A stretch of DNA of 63,416 nucleotides, counting the filler, from Octopus bimaculoides (taxonomy: Eukaryota), in assembly GCF_001194135.2 (NCBI RefSeq). It is 6 parts of 5 records of this genome, joined end to end, with 100 filler letters (N's around TTAATTAATTAA, not from the genome) between each part and the next. Parts side by side here need not be neighbours in the genome. Positions count along the whole stretch, not along the records: positions 30,770 to 61,498 come from NC_068989.1; 5 more parts are not named here. One strand, 5' to 3'. Shown in pieces: positions 38,535-52,054 of the stretch; position 1 is the first letter of the stretch; each line of letters begins with the position of its first letter. A program made the translations under genes and the position numbers. The notes beneath the pieces are model-generated. The model saw nothing but the letters and a program-made list of their open reading frames with translations, did not search any database and was not told the DNA's origin.

Positions 38535-39348
38535 NNNNNNNNNNNNNNNNNNNNNNNNNNNNNNNNNNNNNNNNNNNNNNNNNNNNNNNNNNNNNNNNNN
38601 NNNNNNNNNNNNNNNNNNNNNNNNNNNNNNNNNNNNNNNNNNNNNNNNNNNNNNNNNNNNNNNNNNNNNNNNNNNNNNNNNNNNNNNNNNNNNNNNNNNN
38701 NNNNNNNNNNNNNNNNNNNNNNNNNNNNNNNNNNNNNNNNNNNNNNNNNNNNNNNNNNNNNNNNNNNNNNNNNNNNNNNNNNNNNNNNNNNNNNNNNNNN
38801 NNNNNNNNNNNNNNNNNNNNNNNNNNNNNNNNNNNNNNNNNNNNNNNNNNNNNNNNNNNNNNNNNNNNNNNNNNNNNNNNNNNNNNNNNNNNNNNNNNNN
38901 NNNNNNNNNNNNNNNNNNNNNNNNNNNNNNNNNNNNNNNNNNNNNNNNNNNNNNNNNNNNNNNNNNNNNNNNNNNNNNNNNNNNNNNNNNNNNNNNNNNN
39001 NNNNNNNNNNNNNNNNNNNNNNNNNNNNNNNNNNNNNNNNNNNNNNNNNNNNNNNNNNNNNNNNNNNNNNNNNNNNNNNNNNNNNNNNNNNNNNNNNNNN
39101 NNNNNNNNNNNNNNNNNNNNNNNNNNNNNNNNNNNNNNNNNNNNNNNNNNNNNNNNNNNNNNNNNNNNNNNNNNNNNNNNNNNNNNNNNNNNNNNNNNNN
39201 NNNNNNNNNNNNNNNNNNNNNNNNNNNNNNNNNNNNNNNNNNNNNNNNNNNNNNNNNNNNNNNNNNNNNNNNNNNNNNNNNNNNNNNNNNNNNNNNNNNN
39301 NNNNNNNNNNNNNNNNNNNNNNNNNNNNNNNNNNNNNNNNNNNNNNNN

Positions 39349-39500
39349 ACACACTGTCTAAATACCAATCTTGAGAAATTAGGTTTCTCAAAACCAGAAA
39401 GGAGAAAGTTAATTCAAAGACTACGGATCCAAGCCACGCTGGAACTGTAGAAGTCCGTAAAACTTTACAGAAGTTCCTCATTTAAGTATTTATTAGCATG
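39349..39500 (+). mobile_element. R4-like LINE 3' tip, copy 1
   Basis: NLEKLGFSKPERRKLIQRLRIQ...; near-identical to 40141-40295. Confidence 0.5.
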
Positions 39501-39582
39501 TCTAGATATGCAAGTATATGCATGAGAAGAGATACAAAAAACAAAACATACAAATCTGTACGTACGTACATATACATACATG

Positions 39583-39614
<32 letters not shown>

Positions 39615-39946
39615 CAAACAAAATTACCCTGTTGTTGATGTTGAAATTCCAGTGAAGGAGCCTTGGTTCTAGGCTAGAAACCGGCTCTTTCTCTATTGGC
39701 AAGAAATCTTGAAATAANNNNNNNNNNAGCAAACGCCCATAACCTGGCTTAGCTGAATCAAAAGAGCCATGCCACTTTGGTTATTGGCCAGCTTGAATAC
39801 CATGAATAACAAAATGTAAATAAATGCTAAAAAAAAACATACATGCATGCATATATACATTGACATATACATACATACATATATAAATTTATACATGCAT
39901 GCATACATTCATACATATGTACATGCAATACGTATATAGATAGATG

Positions 39947-40014
<68 letters not shown>

Positions 40015-40024
40015 CATACATACA

Positions 40025-40057
<33 letters not shown>

Positions 40058-40140
40058 TCATACTTACAAACCTGCAGATACTCTAACCAGATTACAAGTT
40101 CAGGTTTATACCTGTCATTATTAGGGCACTGTGATATGTA

Positions 40141-40295
40141 ACACACTGTCTAAATACCAATCTTGAGAAATTAGGTTTCTCAAAACCAGAAAGGAGAAAG
40201 TTGATTCAAAGACTACGGATCCAAGCCACGCTGGAACTGTAGAAGTCCGTAAAACTTTACAGAAGTTCCTCATTTAAGTATTTATTAGCATGTCT
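40141..40295 (+). mobile_element. R4-like LINE 3' tip, copy 2
   Basis: Duplicate of 39349-39500; both abut gaps. Confidence 0.5.
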
Positions 40296-40559
40296 NNNNN
40301 NNNNNNNNNNNNNNNNNNNNNNNNNNNNNNNNNNNNNNNNNNNNNNNNNNNNNNNNNNNNNNNNNNNNNNNNNNNNNNNNNNNNNNNNNNNNNNNNNNNN
40401 NNNNNNNNNNNNNNNNNNNNNNNNNNNNNNNNNNNNNNNNNNNNNNNNNNNNNNNNNNNNNNNNNNNNNNNNNNNNNNNNNNNNNNNNNNNNNNNNNNNN
40501 NNNNNNNNNNNNNNNNNNNNNNNNNNACATATACATACATATATACAAACAGATGATTA

Positions 40560-42149
40560 AGAAATGTTCTGGCAAAGATGTAACCTTCAATTGACAGTTG
40601 TTATCGTAAAGTACCTTAGAGGCTGTCTTTGAAAAGAGATGTAAAACTGGTACCTCTCCAGTGGTACCTCTCCAGTGGTACCTCTCCAGTGGTACCTCTC
40701 CAGTGGTACCTCTCCAGTTGTACTCTTCAATCACACAAGCTGGAATATGATAAGAAGCAGGTCAACAATTTCTCTGCCATTTCTCTTTATCCTTTTCAGT
40801 AGCTTACTGTTTTCTGGTTCTGTTGCCTCTATTCTTCCAGCTTATGGAAATTTTGCATCCTACTAAATGAGCTACTTAAATCAAGTTACTGTGTGAGCAA
40901 GCTTCACTAACTTTCAGCACATCAGTGACATCAAGACTAACGTCCTAAAGGATGTTCTGTAGATCTCTTTATTATCAAATCCAATGTTTCTTAATCCCGC
41001 AGAGTTTTCGGTATATACTTTGAATACGGCTGAGAAAACTCAGAGCATTTGCGCTATATTCTATGGTCAACTGGAATTACAAACTTTTCGAGTCCTTGAG
41101 TGTGTTGGGTTTTTATCATTAGCGTTCCTTGCTGTTTCGCCTAACAGTTTTTAAAATTCTTTTTCACAATTTCTTTTGTTACATGAGGTGCATGGCTTAG
41201 CGCTTAGGGTGTTGGTTGGTTTCGATTCCTGGACTAGGTGATAAGTTGTGCTCTTGAGCAAAACACTTCCTTTTACGTTACTGCAGTTCACTCAGCTGGC
41301 AGAAATGAGTGATCATACGACGGACTAGGATCCCGTCCAGGGCTGAATATATAGACGGTACAGAAGTCGGGAAACTTGCTTTACAAAGCTATATAACTGG
41401 AGAGGGAGCTCTATCCTTTTTAATCTTTTGTTTCTTTTCTGTCAATGTCGGTAGCAAGAACTGGTCAAAAATGATGTCTGATTTTAAGAGGTCATCAATT
41501 GTAAATCCATCCGTTTTTTATACTAATGTTGAAGATATAGCTTCATGAAGGATTTTGTTTAGAATACAAATATGACCATCAGTTTCAGAAGGCCAATCAT
41601 CTGAATCTCTTAAAACTGCATGAGCTTCCTACAGAGCAAGCTGAGACACTTTGGTTTGTTTTCATATCTTCGGAGTCCCATGCTTTCGATGAAAACACAC
41701 ACACACATTACTCTCAGCAAACGGTTAACATTCAATATTACGTTCATCTCATACATCTCCTGTACATATCTCTACAATTCAGAGCAACATTTTCGACATG
41801 ATATACAAGAGACCAGAGTGTAGATGCTTTCAAATGACGTTACATTAATCTTTCTGTCTAAACCATGAATTAACTATCATTAAATTCAATTCTTGACAGC
41901 CTTTTAAAAGCAAGCCACCACAATTTCCTCTTTCATGATCACCTAAACAGAACTTCTCGTTTCAGTCCGACTCTAGCATTCAGATCTTCCATCAATACAT
42001 GCTTATAATTTTTATCCATACCTATCAAATTAGCTCTGAGAGCTGCATAGAACTTTACAATTTCATCTAGTGAACTGACAAGTGGCGAAGAATAATACTC
42101 TAATCATGTTACAAAGCGATTATGATGTACATGTATAGACATAAACGTT

Positions 42150-42180
<31 letters not shown>

Positions 42181-42214
42181 ATACCTACATATATATATAT
42201 ATGTGTGTATACCT

Positions 42215-42245
<31 letters not shown>

Positions 42246-42249
42246 CCTA

Positions 42250-42294
<45 letters not shown>

Positions 42295-42600
42295 ACTTAT
42301 ATATATATATCTACCCAATAGAAGTACAGACATTGCGAATTTAACTATTTGTCTGTAGATTGAAAATATGATGAACAGCTTTAATCGATTTTCGAAACTC
42401 ATTGGTTTCTCATCAGAGGGATCTTCACCATCTGATTTATTCCAGCCAATCTGTTTATATGTTCAACATATCCAGTAATTACAGAGAAGTGGAGCTACAA
42501 ATTTGCATACAGTAAGTGTCTAACACTATATCTAATATCAGCAGCCTCTCAATGGGGATATCAGTTCACATAACACCACTGTATGATCTTATCATATATG
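40560..42600 (-). mobile_element. Degenerate RTE LINE endonuclease and RT N-terminal part
   Basis: SLDEIVKFYAAL..LMEDLNARVG (APE motif GDFNARVG), WNKSDGE, and a decayed RT start; many stops. Confidence 0.7.
40648..40717. repeat. Minisatellite (TGGTACCTCTCCAG)x5
   Basis: Five perfect 14-nt units. Confidence 0.95.
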
Positions 42601-43149
42601 TATACCAACGTGTGAAGGCGCATGGCTCAGTGGTTAGAGCACCGGGCTCACAATCATGAAGTAGTGAGTTTGATTCCCGGTCGGGGCTGTGTGTTGTGCT
42701 CTTGAGCAAGACACTTTATTTCACGTTGCACCAGTCCACTCAGCTGTAGAAACGAATTGTGACGTCACTTGTGCCAAGCTGTATCAGCCTTTGCCTTTCC
42801 CTTGGATAACATCGGTGACGTAGTGAGGCTGGTATGCATGGGCGACTATTGGTCTTCCATAAAACAACCTTGCCCGGATTTGTGCCACCGAGGTTAACTT
42901 TGTAATTATAATCCTATGGCCATTCATGATCGAAGGGGGTCTTTACCCTTTACCCTATACCAACGTTGTAGAAATGCAAATATGGCTAATTTAACTACTT
43001 CTCCGTAGACTGAAAGAATGACAAATAGTCTTAAGTGATTTTCGATCATTATTGATTTCTCATCAAAGGTATCTACATGATTTGACCAATCCCGGAGAAA
43101 TAAGTAGCTAATCTGCTTATATATACAACAAATCCAGTAGCTAACTTGA

Positions 43150-43950
43150 CTTTGTCGCCAATTCGACGAATGAGGGTTCCGCAGATCACAGCTGTACAAT
43201 CCTCTCAATTCGATGTTTTGCCGTGTCGTCTCACGTAGGGATACAGGCTTATTCGGGATGTGGAGATCATTTGCAGACGTTGTATTGGCGGTCACCATCA
43301 TCAGGGGGTAGATTGAACCTGGCTCTATGCTGACCTCTTTTTCTCAGGCTATCGATCCTGGCTACCTCAAAGTCGGGGATGGCTTGGTAGACCGATCTTC
43401 TCCACTGAGCTGCATTCGGCACTAACAACTTTCATGTCTTCAGGTTTATTGTGCTGCTTTCAAGCAAATCTTTTGAATGTTCTTATAACAGAGCAATGAA
43501 CGACCTTATTACCTGGCACCAGAGCTAAACTGACCATAAAAGAGGACTGTTGTTAAATGTCTTTCATGCGTACCTAATGGCCAAACCACCTTAGGTGCGT
43601 TTTAATACAGAAACTTTCTTTGCCTAGAATGTCACACCGTGAAAGAACCTCTGTGTTGGGGACTTAGTCCTGTGACTTGATATTCAAAATTGAACGAAGG
43701 CAGCGGAGATGGAATGAGCCTTGCTATTTTATTTGGAACTTGTAGTGTCCATGTATTACATCCATACAGGAGACAGGTAAGCATTACTACCAGGTGAACT
43801 TTTATCTTTGTGCCCAAGCAGATGCCGTGATTTATTCACAGTCTGTGCTGGAGTCTACCGAAAGATGGGTTTGCCTTAGACAATCGATGAGTGATCTCTT
43901 CGTCCAGGTAGCAGAATTTTGGCACAGCACTTTAGACGCTGGTGTCTATG
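43150..43950 (-). mobile_element. Degenerate RTE (BovB-like) LINE 3' part
   Basis: TKIKVHLVVMLTCLLYGCNTWT, RWFGH.VRM, and a decayed C-terminal C2H2-like motif. Confidence 0.8.
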
Positions 43951-46285
43951 AATAAGTAAATAGATAGTTACTTACATATGTACATGCAGACCAGTCTAAA
44001 GACGTACAGACTCAAGTACATACATACATACATACATACATACATACATACATACATACATTACAACGTCATAAATGAATTATTTGCTGAATTATATATG
44101 CAATTCTCTGACTCGACTCACTTCCCAAATCTATCATTGTCTACAAGTATACCAGAAATCTTGCTATCCAATCATTTCCCGAATGCCACATTCGTTCTGA
44201 ACACGGCCAATTTTCCCTCCCCCACTAACACATAGACCACACTACGCCCCATTCTTTCTTGATATCTTACAAAAGGGGACACTTACAAGGGATATGACAT
44301 GATGTATTGTGCATAGCTCCAGGTAACCTTTATTTGAACATGTTTATCCTCAAATGTATTCCAACCATGACTCTCCCATATATTGTTCAGACAAAATACA
44401 TGTAGAAATTTTGAAGATGATAGTTTGCGTTCCAGACACGACCATCTAACTTTTTTCTGATATTGTATATATCTAGTTTTACAGTATCAAATATATGTTT
44501 AAACAGGAGGGTCCACATTTGAGGACGATTTGACTGTTATTTCTAGAACGTAGAGTGACTCCCATTCATGTTGCCTTATTGAATCCTTTTGAAGGATGTA
44601 TTTCTGAGGGGTGCGGTTACTGTACAGCTCATACAATTAAATAGTCTAGTGAGTATTTTATGAAATATTAAAGATCTGAGCAATATTGCCAGAGTCCAAA
44701 ACAATCTACTGTTCCGAACAGAAAATCCCAACAACTAACAACACGAATCTTATCTCGATTGTCTTAGTTCTTTTTTTTTCTTTTTTTTGCTCTGAGTCAC
44801 GCATGATCATGCAAATTTATTATCAAAGTGGGGGCGCGTGACTTAGAGGTTAAGGCGTTGGACTCGTAACTGTAACATTATGGTTTCGATTCCTGGACCA
44901 GGCGATGCGTTTTGTTCTTGAGCAAAACACATCATTTCACGTTGCTCCAGCTGGCAAAAATGAGTAATCTTGTGACAGACTGGCGTCTCAATCAGTTGGA
45001 GAATTTATACGCCATGGAAACCGCGAAAACGGCCCTTATGAGTCGGCATGACTCGAGAAGTTAACCTTTACTTTTTTAAAACCTATTATAAAAAGTATTC
45101 TAGCCGAGATCATCTCCTCTTTCCCATCTGTAAGCGTTTGGGTTGGACCATGTACTCAGTAAAATAAACTTGTCAATCTGTATTAAGGGCAACAGGTTGT
45201 AGAATCCATAAGACATCGGAGTACCTACTAGAAGGCTAGATAGAGCACCTGTGCGATGAATATCAAAATTGGTAGAGTATCAGCGTAGGAAATTGGCAGA
45301 ATCATTTTGCAATGATTTGTTACTCCCATTTGTGTGTAGATCCTGAGTTTAAATCCTTCTTATATCGACTTCACCCTTCATCTTATGAAAAAAGGTATCA
45401 CATACACCGGCAAATACTGTAACCAAAATACTAACAAGTATACAATAGATTATACCAAATCATAGCAAGAGAAAATAAGCAGAGTACTCGAAGTAAGAAT
45501 TTATCTTAAATTGAGAGAGATTCGACCGGTTTAAAGATAAATTCTCATGCTTACAGCTCTGTTGAAAAAATATCAATATATTTTTGTTTAGATAAAATAA
45601 TTAAATATATATATTGGAGCCGATATAAGCGACAACTTGCTCAGAAAATTATGTTATCATGTAAGTTTCAGTCAAATTCTGGGATTTACGATACTCACAA
45701 ATTATGGTCTTGAGTTCATATTTCTTCCCGAGTTGCAAAGACTTATAGGGCCGGTTTCATGGTTTCCGTGGCGCATATATTTTTCCGCTGGACTGGACGC
45801 CGGTCCGTGGCAGGGTTTTTCATGTCTGCAAGCTGAATTGAGTGGAGCAACGTGAAATGAAGTGTTTTGCTGAAGATCACAACGCATTGTCCGATCCAGG
45901 AATCGAAACCACAATCTTACGATCATGAGTCCTTCGCTGTAACCACTAAGTCACTCGCGTGGCCTAGTTGTTTGGGTGTTGCACTCGTGATCATCAGATC
46001 GTGGGGGTCGATTCTCAGACCGGGCGGCGTGTTGTGTTCTTGAGCAAGACACTTTATTTCATGTTGCTCTAGTGTTGAGTGGACGGGCATGTTAAAGAAC
46101 AGACCCAACGCTTTTCCCACGTGTTTTAAAGGGCGTCTAAGAGAAGCCGGGGTAGGATTTGCATAACACCTTCATCAGCAAACGACTACCTAAACAAGAC
46201 GCAGAGGTGTCATCCGCCGGGAGCTGTAGAGATTCACCAACAAATGCTAACTGCAGCGACGCGCTGTTATAGCGCATGACCCTCT

Positions 46286-46351
<66 letters not shown>

Positions 46352-46366
46352 CAACACCACCACCAA

Positions 46367-46414
<48 letters not shown>

Positions 46415-46615
46415 NNNNNNNNNNNNNNNNNNNNNNNNNNNNNNNNNNNNNNNNNNNNNNNNNNNNNNNNNNNNNNNNNNNNNNNNNNNNNNNNNNNNNN
46501 NNNNNNNNNNNNNNNNNNNNNNNNNNNNNNNNNNNNNNNNNNNNNNNNNNNNNNNNNNNNNNNNNNCCCACCACCACCACCACCACAACCACCACCACCA
46601 CCACCACTACCATCG
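46286..46615. repeat. (CTA)n/(CCA)n trinucleotide array spanning a gap
   Basis: Seen directly. Confidence 0.95.
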
Positions 46616-48239
46616 CAACAACCACGCATATTCAACAACAATGTTTATGTCTCGGTCAAAGTGATGGAATAGTTAACGTAGCTACCATATCGGACGTAAT
46701 ACCTTGCGATATTTAATAACTACCATGTTCAAACCGAATTCATAGCCAACTGGAACTGAATTTCACGTACATCCCTTCTAGATTCAGCAACAGGAATAAA
46801 CCATAGAGCCGACTTCATTATGTGTGTCATTTACCCAAAAGTTTCTGTTTTTTCTAGAGGTACTGATCAATGCTGAAATTGCCGAATTGCAGAATTGATG
46901 CCAATGTTTACTTCTGTCTTTCTATCTTCAGATTCGACATATTGCCAGAAATCGGCTTTACATTTCCTTTGTATTCTCTGAAAATAATAAGGGTCTCTCT
47001 CTTGTACTGAGGTTAAATCAATCGACAACATAACCTTGATGCCATCTATAGAATGCATAGCCTTGAGCCAATATAGTTAATCAATACCCAGATTTAGATT
47101 GATCAACCTACTTACCTCCTTCACCTACATGTTATTTTGTTTCAATATATTTCTACAAAGAAGCGAATGGTGTCGAAATAATGCCAATTAAATTCACGTT
47201 CTAAGAAGTACAGTGCAAGTTTTGACAGCCACAACTGTTATGCTACTCTACAATTTATAATAATAGCCGGAAGATAAATCGCTATGAATGAGATCTGGTG
47301 AATTATTTAATTTTCGTGGCATAGTAACACCAAGAGAATAATATTAATTACTGCAACAATCGATTTTGAAACCTTGGTTGTTTCATTCCGTAATTAAAAA
47401 GTGTAAAAACAAAAATCACTTAAATTGACGGTATAATTTCTCTTTTCATTACTAATTCATTCAGAAGTACTTAAGTGGATTAATTAACCGGATTAATTTT
47501 ATGCTAAAAAAATAAATATATGGTAAATAAGAAGTTAAGAACAAAGAATTTCATTTCATTAAAAATGCATTTAGATATAAGTGAAGTAACTATGATTAAT
47601 CAGAAAGCCTGACCTAAATTGAAAGCTACTTATATGGCTCGCCATCCTCCTAAAATATACAATGGGGCGGTGGTACGAATTTAAACAATACGATCTGTTT
47701 TGCAGTTGCTGGTTGACCCCAAACAACCTAGTCATCATTAAACTCGTGTCAGATTCATTTAGTAATACAGAACCTAGAACTAGCTTGGCTACTGCTAGAA
47801 TAAGGACTTAAGTATTTAGCTTTACTTTTCAATCCATTACACATATGGCAATTACTCTACTTATACGTATATGCGTCGGAATATGTTTATATGTAGAATG
47901 ACTTCATTGTTAAGAGAGACAAGTTTCTATGGACCACATCTCAAAAAATGAGTTTCATCTGTTATCTAATTATTTCTACGATAAACCAGAGGTAACAGTT
48001 CTGATTATTGACCTCTATTTGTAAAAGGCGTGTTTATCGTATATGCTAGTGTGTAAGACGCGCATTTTTTATTATTCTTAGATGTAACAAAAACTCACTA
48101 TGCGTCTAATGCGACCGCATTACGAATAGGTACCGAGTGTATGATTGTATGATAAAATATATATTTCTTCAACAAAAATTAGAGTCTTGTCTTATACAGA
48201 AGTGTGTTCCTTACACAGCAAAGACGGTAACCAATATAC

Positions 48240-48540
48240 CTACAAATCGGCTTGAATTTGACAGTTTGCATAAAAGAAAACAAACTACTATATCACATCC
48301 AAAACTCGAAGTATTTTAAAGAACCAAAAAGTATCAATTAGGTTATGGCGGGGATATAACGGTTTGCTTTCAAAGTAGATTCCACCATGGTCTCAAGACG
48401 GCATTCTTCACTGTATCCTAAGGAAGGTGTTCGGACACCTATTTGATGTTGGCCACCAGTTCGGCCTTGGTATTGCAGGCAGAGCGGTTGGTGTCTTTCT
48501 TCAACCGCGCATCACACATCGTAAAAAGCGTCGGAAAATT
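48240..48540 (-). mobile_element. maT-like mariner 3' fragment
   Basis: Homologous to 17340-17620 (ttggtattgcaggcagagcggttggtgtcttt). Confidence 0.7.
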
Positions 48541-48809
48541 TGTTTTACGGTCTTTGTTCTGGCTTTTTACATCCTACTCTAAATCTCACTCCAATAAATA
48601 ACTGCCTAGATATTTGTTCAAAAGGACATTCTGAGGTGAATTTGTTTGACAGTAAGTATATTGAATAACTATCAGAAATGTTATATGTTGCCGATGGTAG
48701 GGCTATTACTGTTGTTGTAGATGTCACTCTTATTGTACTTTCTGTTTTATATTCTCATGGGCCGTGTCCAAAGTATGGCCACAAGGCCGTATTGGAAGAT
48801 GTTACTTGA

Positions 48810-49200
48810 TTCACATCACTCTTCGCAATATGAAAACTTATGCATGTCATGCTAAAATCAGTGCTGCATAAGTATTGCTGATATCCGGGATACACTTGGT
48901 GAACTTCTCCATTCGCTTCTTCACGAGTGTTAGTGCTCCAAAGGTTACTTGTATTATTTCGGTCTTCATATTCTACATCTTTCTGATTTTGATCTCCAGG
49001 TCTTGGGAATTTGTCAGCTGGAGGTGTTTCGTTTTCAACGTGGATAACTATACACCCCTTTTTTCTTATTGTCCTTCACTCTTTGGTAACAATGTCAGGC
49101 TTGTTATCTTTTATCTCACTCTCAGTGTGAATGAACATACACCAGAGATGGATGACATCATTGTTATCAGTGACTACGTTTAGTCGATATTCATACCATT
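48810..49200 (-). mobile_element. R4/Dong LINE restriction-like endonuclease fragment
   Basis: NKPDIV motif and decayed KYKDLEI..M.N.KT.II.V.FGAL...CIPG. Confidence 0.7.
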
Positions 49201-49308
49201 TCTTAATTGTATTGATTATATAACTGCTAATATTTTTCAATGTAGGTATACCGCTGCCTTGTTTTGTCTGAGAATGCGCTTATTCTTTGCTAGATGTAGA
49301 GATAAACG

Positions 49309-51773
49309 ACCAACATGAATAACAGCACTACTTCTATAATCACCATCACCACTACCATCAACATCAACTCCCTCACACCAACGACACCACCACCATAATC
49401 ATAGTACCACCACCAACGACCGATACTACCAATCATCATCCCCAAAACGACACTAATCTCAACACCATCAACATCACCACCAGTACCACTACAGTCTCTC
49501 CATTGTGGCCATCACCACTATCACCAGCATCACTTTTATTGAGGAGACATCAAGAAGAAAGTACGTTATTGTTGACACCTTATCGCATGATGGATGTGTG
49601 CAGTTGATATATTTTTTATTTTAACCGTAACTTAGCGGTTCGGCAAAAAGAGACCGATAGAATAAGTACTAGGCTTACAAAGAATAAGTCCTGGGGTCGA
49701 TTTGCTCGACTAAAGGCGGTGCTCCAGCATGGCCACAGTCAAATGACTGAAACAAGTAAAAGAGTAAAAGAGTAAAAGAGTATTTGCACAAAACCAGCAA
49801 ATTTGAAGCGGGGTTAAGTCGATTGTATTAACCCCTGTGCGCAACTGGTACTTCTTTTATTGACACCCCCAAAGGGGTGGAAAAACAAAGTTAACTTGGG
49901 CAGCATTTGAAACTCGGAATGCAGAGACGGACGAAATGCTGTTATGCCTTTTATCCCGCATGCTAATGATTCTGCCAGTCTGCCGTTCTTGTACAATTGA
50001 CATATTGCTGTCAAATTTTGGCACAAGGCCAGCAAATGCAGAGGAGGAGTTACGTCAATTACATCGATCCCAGTGTTTAATTAGTACTTAACTTATCGAC
50101 CCCGAAAGGACGAAAGCTGACCTCGGTGGCATTTGAACTCAGAACGTAAGAACGGACGAAATGTCCCCTAAACATTTTGCCCAGCGTGCTAACGATTCGG
50201 CTAGTTTGCTGCCTTGTATATCAAAAGAGTTTACGTTTGGCACTTTCGGGAGAAAAGAGATCGTTTAAGTAGCTGTTGAATGAATAATTGAAGGACAGTG
50301 TCTAAATGCCTGCTATTTGTACATACAACGTTGATGAACGGAAGTTTGTCAATCAGGCGAGTGCCATGTTTTTCAAGAGTGTCCCAGAATATTATCGTTT
50401 TCGCCTTGCAACATCCTATTAAATATAATAGCCGCAAGTAATGATAACATGGAACCGATTGCCAATTGCTCAGCTTGCAAACAGTAGCAGCCTAGTTCAT
50501 CATTCTCTCGTTATCTGTATTGGGTCCAGCATCCCAGGTCACATATCAAATACTTCTTGTTAGAATATCGGTTTTCTGGAATTGCAAGTCCTTCCTGCAG
50601 ACTAAATAAAAACAGTAAAAAAGAAAATATTATTATACATATATATTGTACTATATAAGCTAATTCCTAAAAATGTTGTATCTCCAAGTTAACCACTAAA
50701 GTATAAAGTTAATAAGCATTTAATCTTTTACTTTCTTAATTTGTTTTTATGATTCATATCCTGAAAAGTTTTCTATATTTAGTGCTAATATTTCCATCGA
50801 AACAACCTGATACGTTCGGTGGATATACATTTCAGAAAAACGATTGAAAATGGAAAAGGAAATTAGAAAAACACTTTATAGACAATATGTGAGACAATCC
50901 TATGTCTATCTATGTAGGAATATTGCGACTTACATATATGAATACAAATACATTACTACCTACACAAGTTAGTTTTAATGGCGCTAACAAAAATCTTTAG
51001 GAAAGCAGTTATATGGTCGAGAATCGTTAGCCGCTATTTTCCTGTTATAGGATATTGCCAATGGTGTCGATTTCCGGTAATAACCGGATGCAGTGAAGAA
51101 AGTGTTAATATCTAACAGACTATTTTTACATGCTTCTTATTTCTGCCTTGTCTATTGACTGGTTTTCGTATTTTATAATCAATCGTTTCAAAATAGCTTT
51201 TACACGGAATTTAAAGCAGAAGAAACGGTGCATTGCTTATTTATAACATTTCTTAATTTTCTAGTTATTTCAATGAATTTGGTAATAAAATTTCAAATAA
51301 AAATTGTAGAAAAGTTACATACTTTAGAAAATACATAAAATTTTGAAAGCAAAAGTGCAATCCAAAGATATCGATTATTTTTAGTGTTATTTTTAAAATT
51401 TTGTTTGGTCAATAAGGGGAGTCTACGTAGATGACTGTCAAAGGCTCTTCCATAATTTGAGAGTATTCTTCTTGTGTTTTTGAAAGTATGATGCTTGCAA
51501 GAGAAACATGCGTATGGTTGGTGTCAACAATAATGTACTTTCTTCTTGATGTCTCCTCAATAAAAGTGATGCTGGTGATAGTGGACACTGTAGTGGTACT
51601 GCTGGTGATGTTGATGGTGTTGAAATTAGTGTCGTTTTGGGAATAATGGTTGATAGTATCGGTCGTTGGTGGTGGTACTATGATTATGGTGGTGGTGTCG
51701 TTGGTGTGAGGGAGTTGATGTTGATGGTAGTGGTGATGGTGATTATAGAAGTAGTGCTGTTATTCATGTTGGT
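49309..51773. repeat. Long inverted repeat, arms 49309-49579 and 51520-51773
   Basis: Arms are near-exact reverse complements apart from a short indel. Confidence 0.9.
50511..50601 (-). CDS. Candidate terminal exon (LQEGLAIPENRYSNKKYLICDLGCWTQYR*)
   Basis: ttactgtttttatttag|T...; phase 2 fits the 53431 exon. Confidence 0.3.
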
Positions 51774-51799
51774 TAGACTGGATCCTGATGTTGGATGCA

Positions 51800-52021
51800 A
51801 TATGAACGTTGGCAGCAAGGAAGAGACGTGTGAGTCGAGAGTCGAGACTGCCAGAGAGTAGATGGTATGAAATTAAGCAACAGAAATTAAGAGAGGAAAT
51901 CAGACATCAGAGGGCCAGAAGCTAAAGTACTATGTGAGTGACTTCATGAACCTCGGTTGAATAGCCTTTGCTTTGTTGTGGCCTATGCATACATACACAC
52001 GCACGCACACTCACATATATG

Positions 52022-52054
<33 letters not shown>

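Noticed and set aside
40648-40717. CRISPR-like regular repeat
   Set aside because: No spacers; a eukaryotic tandem minisatellite.
41388-41628. Exon-like ORF EAHAVLRD...RAPSPVI with one stop
   Set aside because: It lies within the decayed RTE LINE, between the endonuclease and RT regions.
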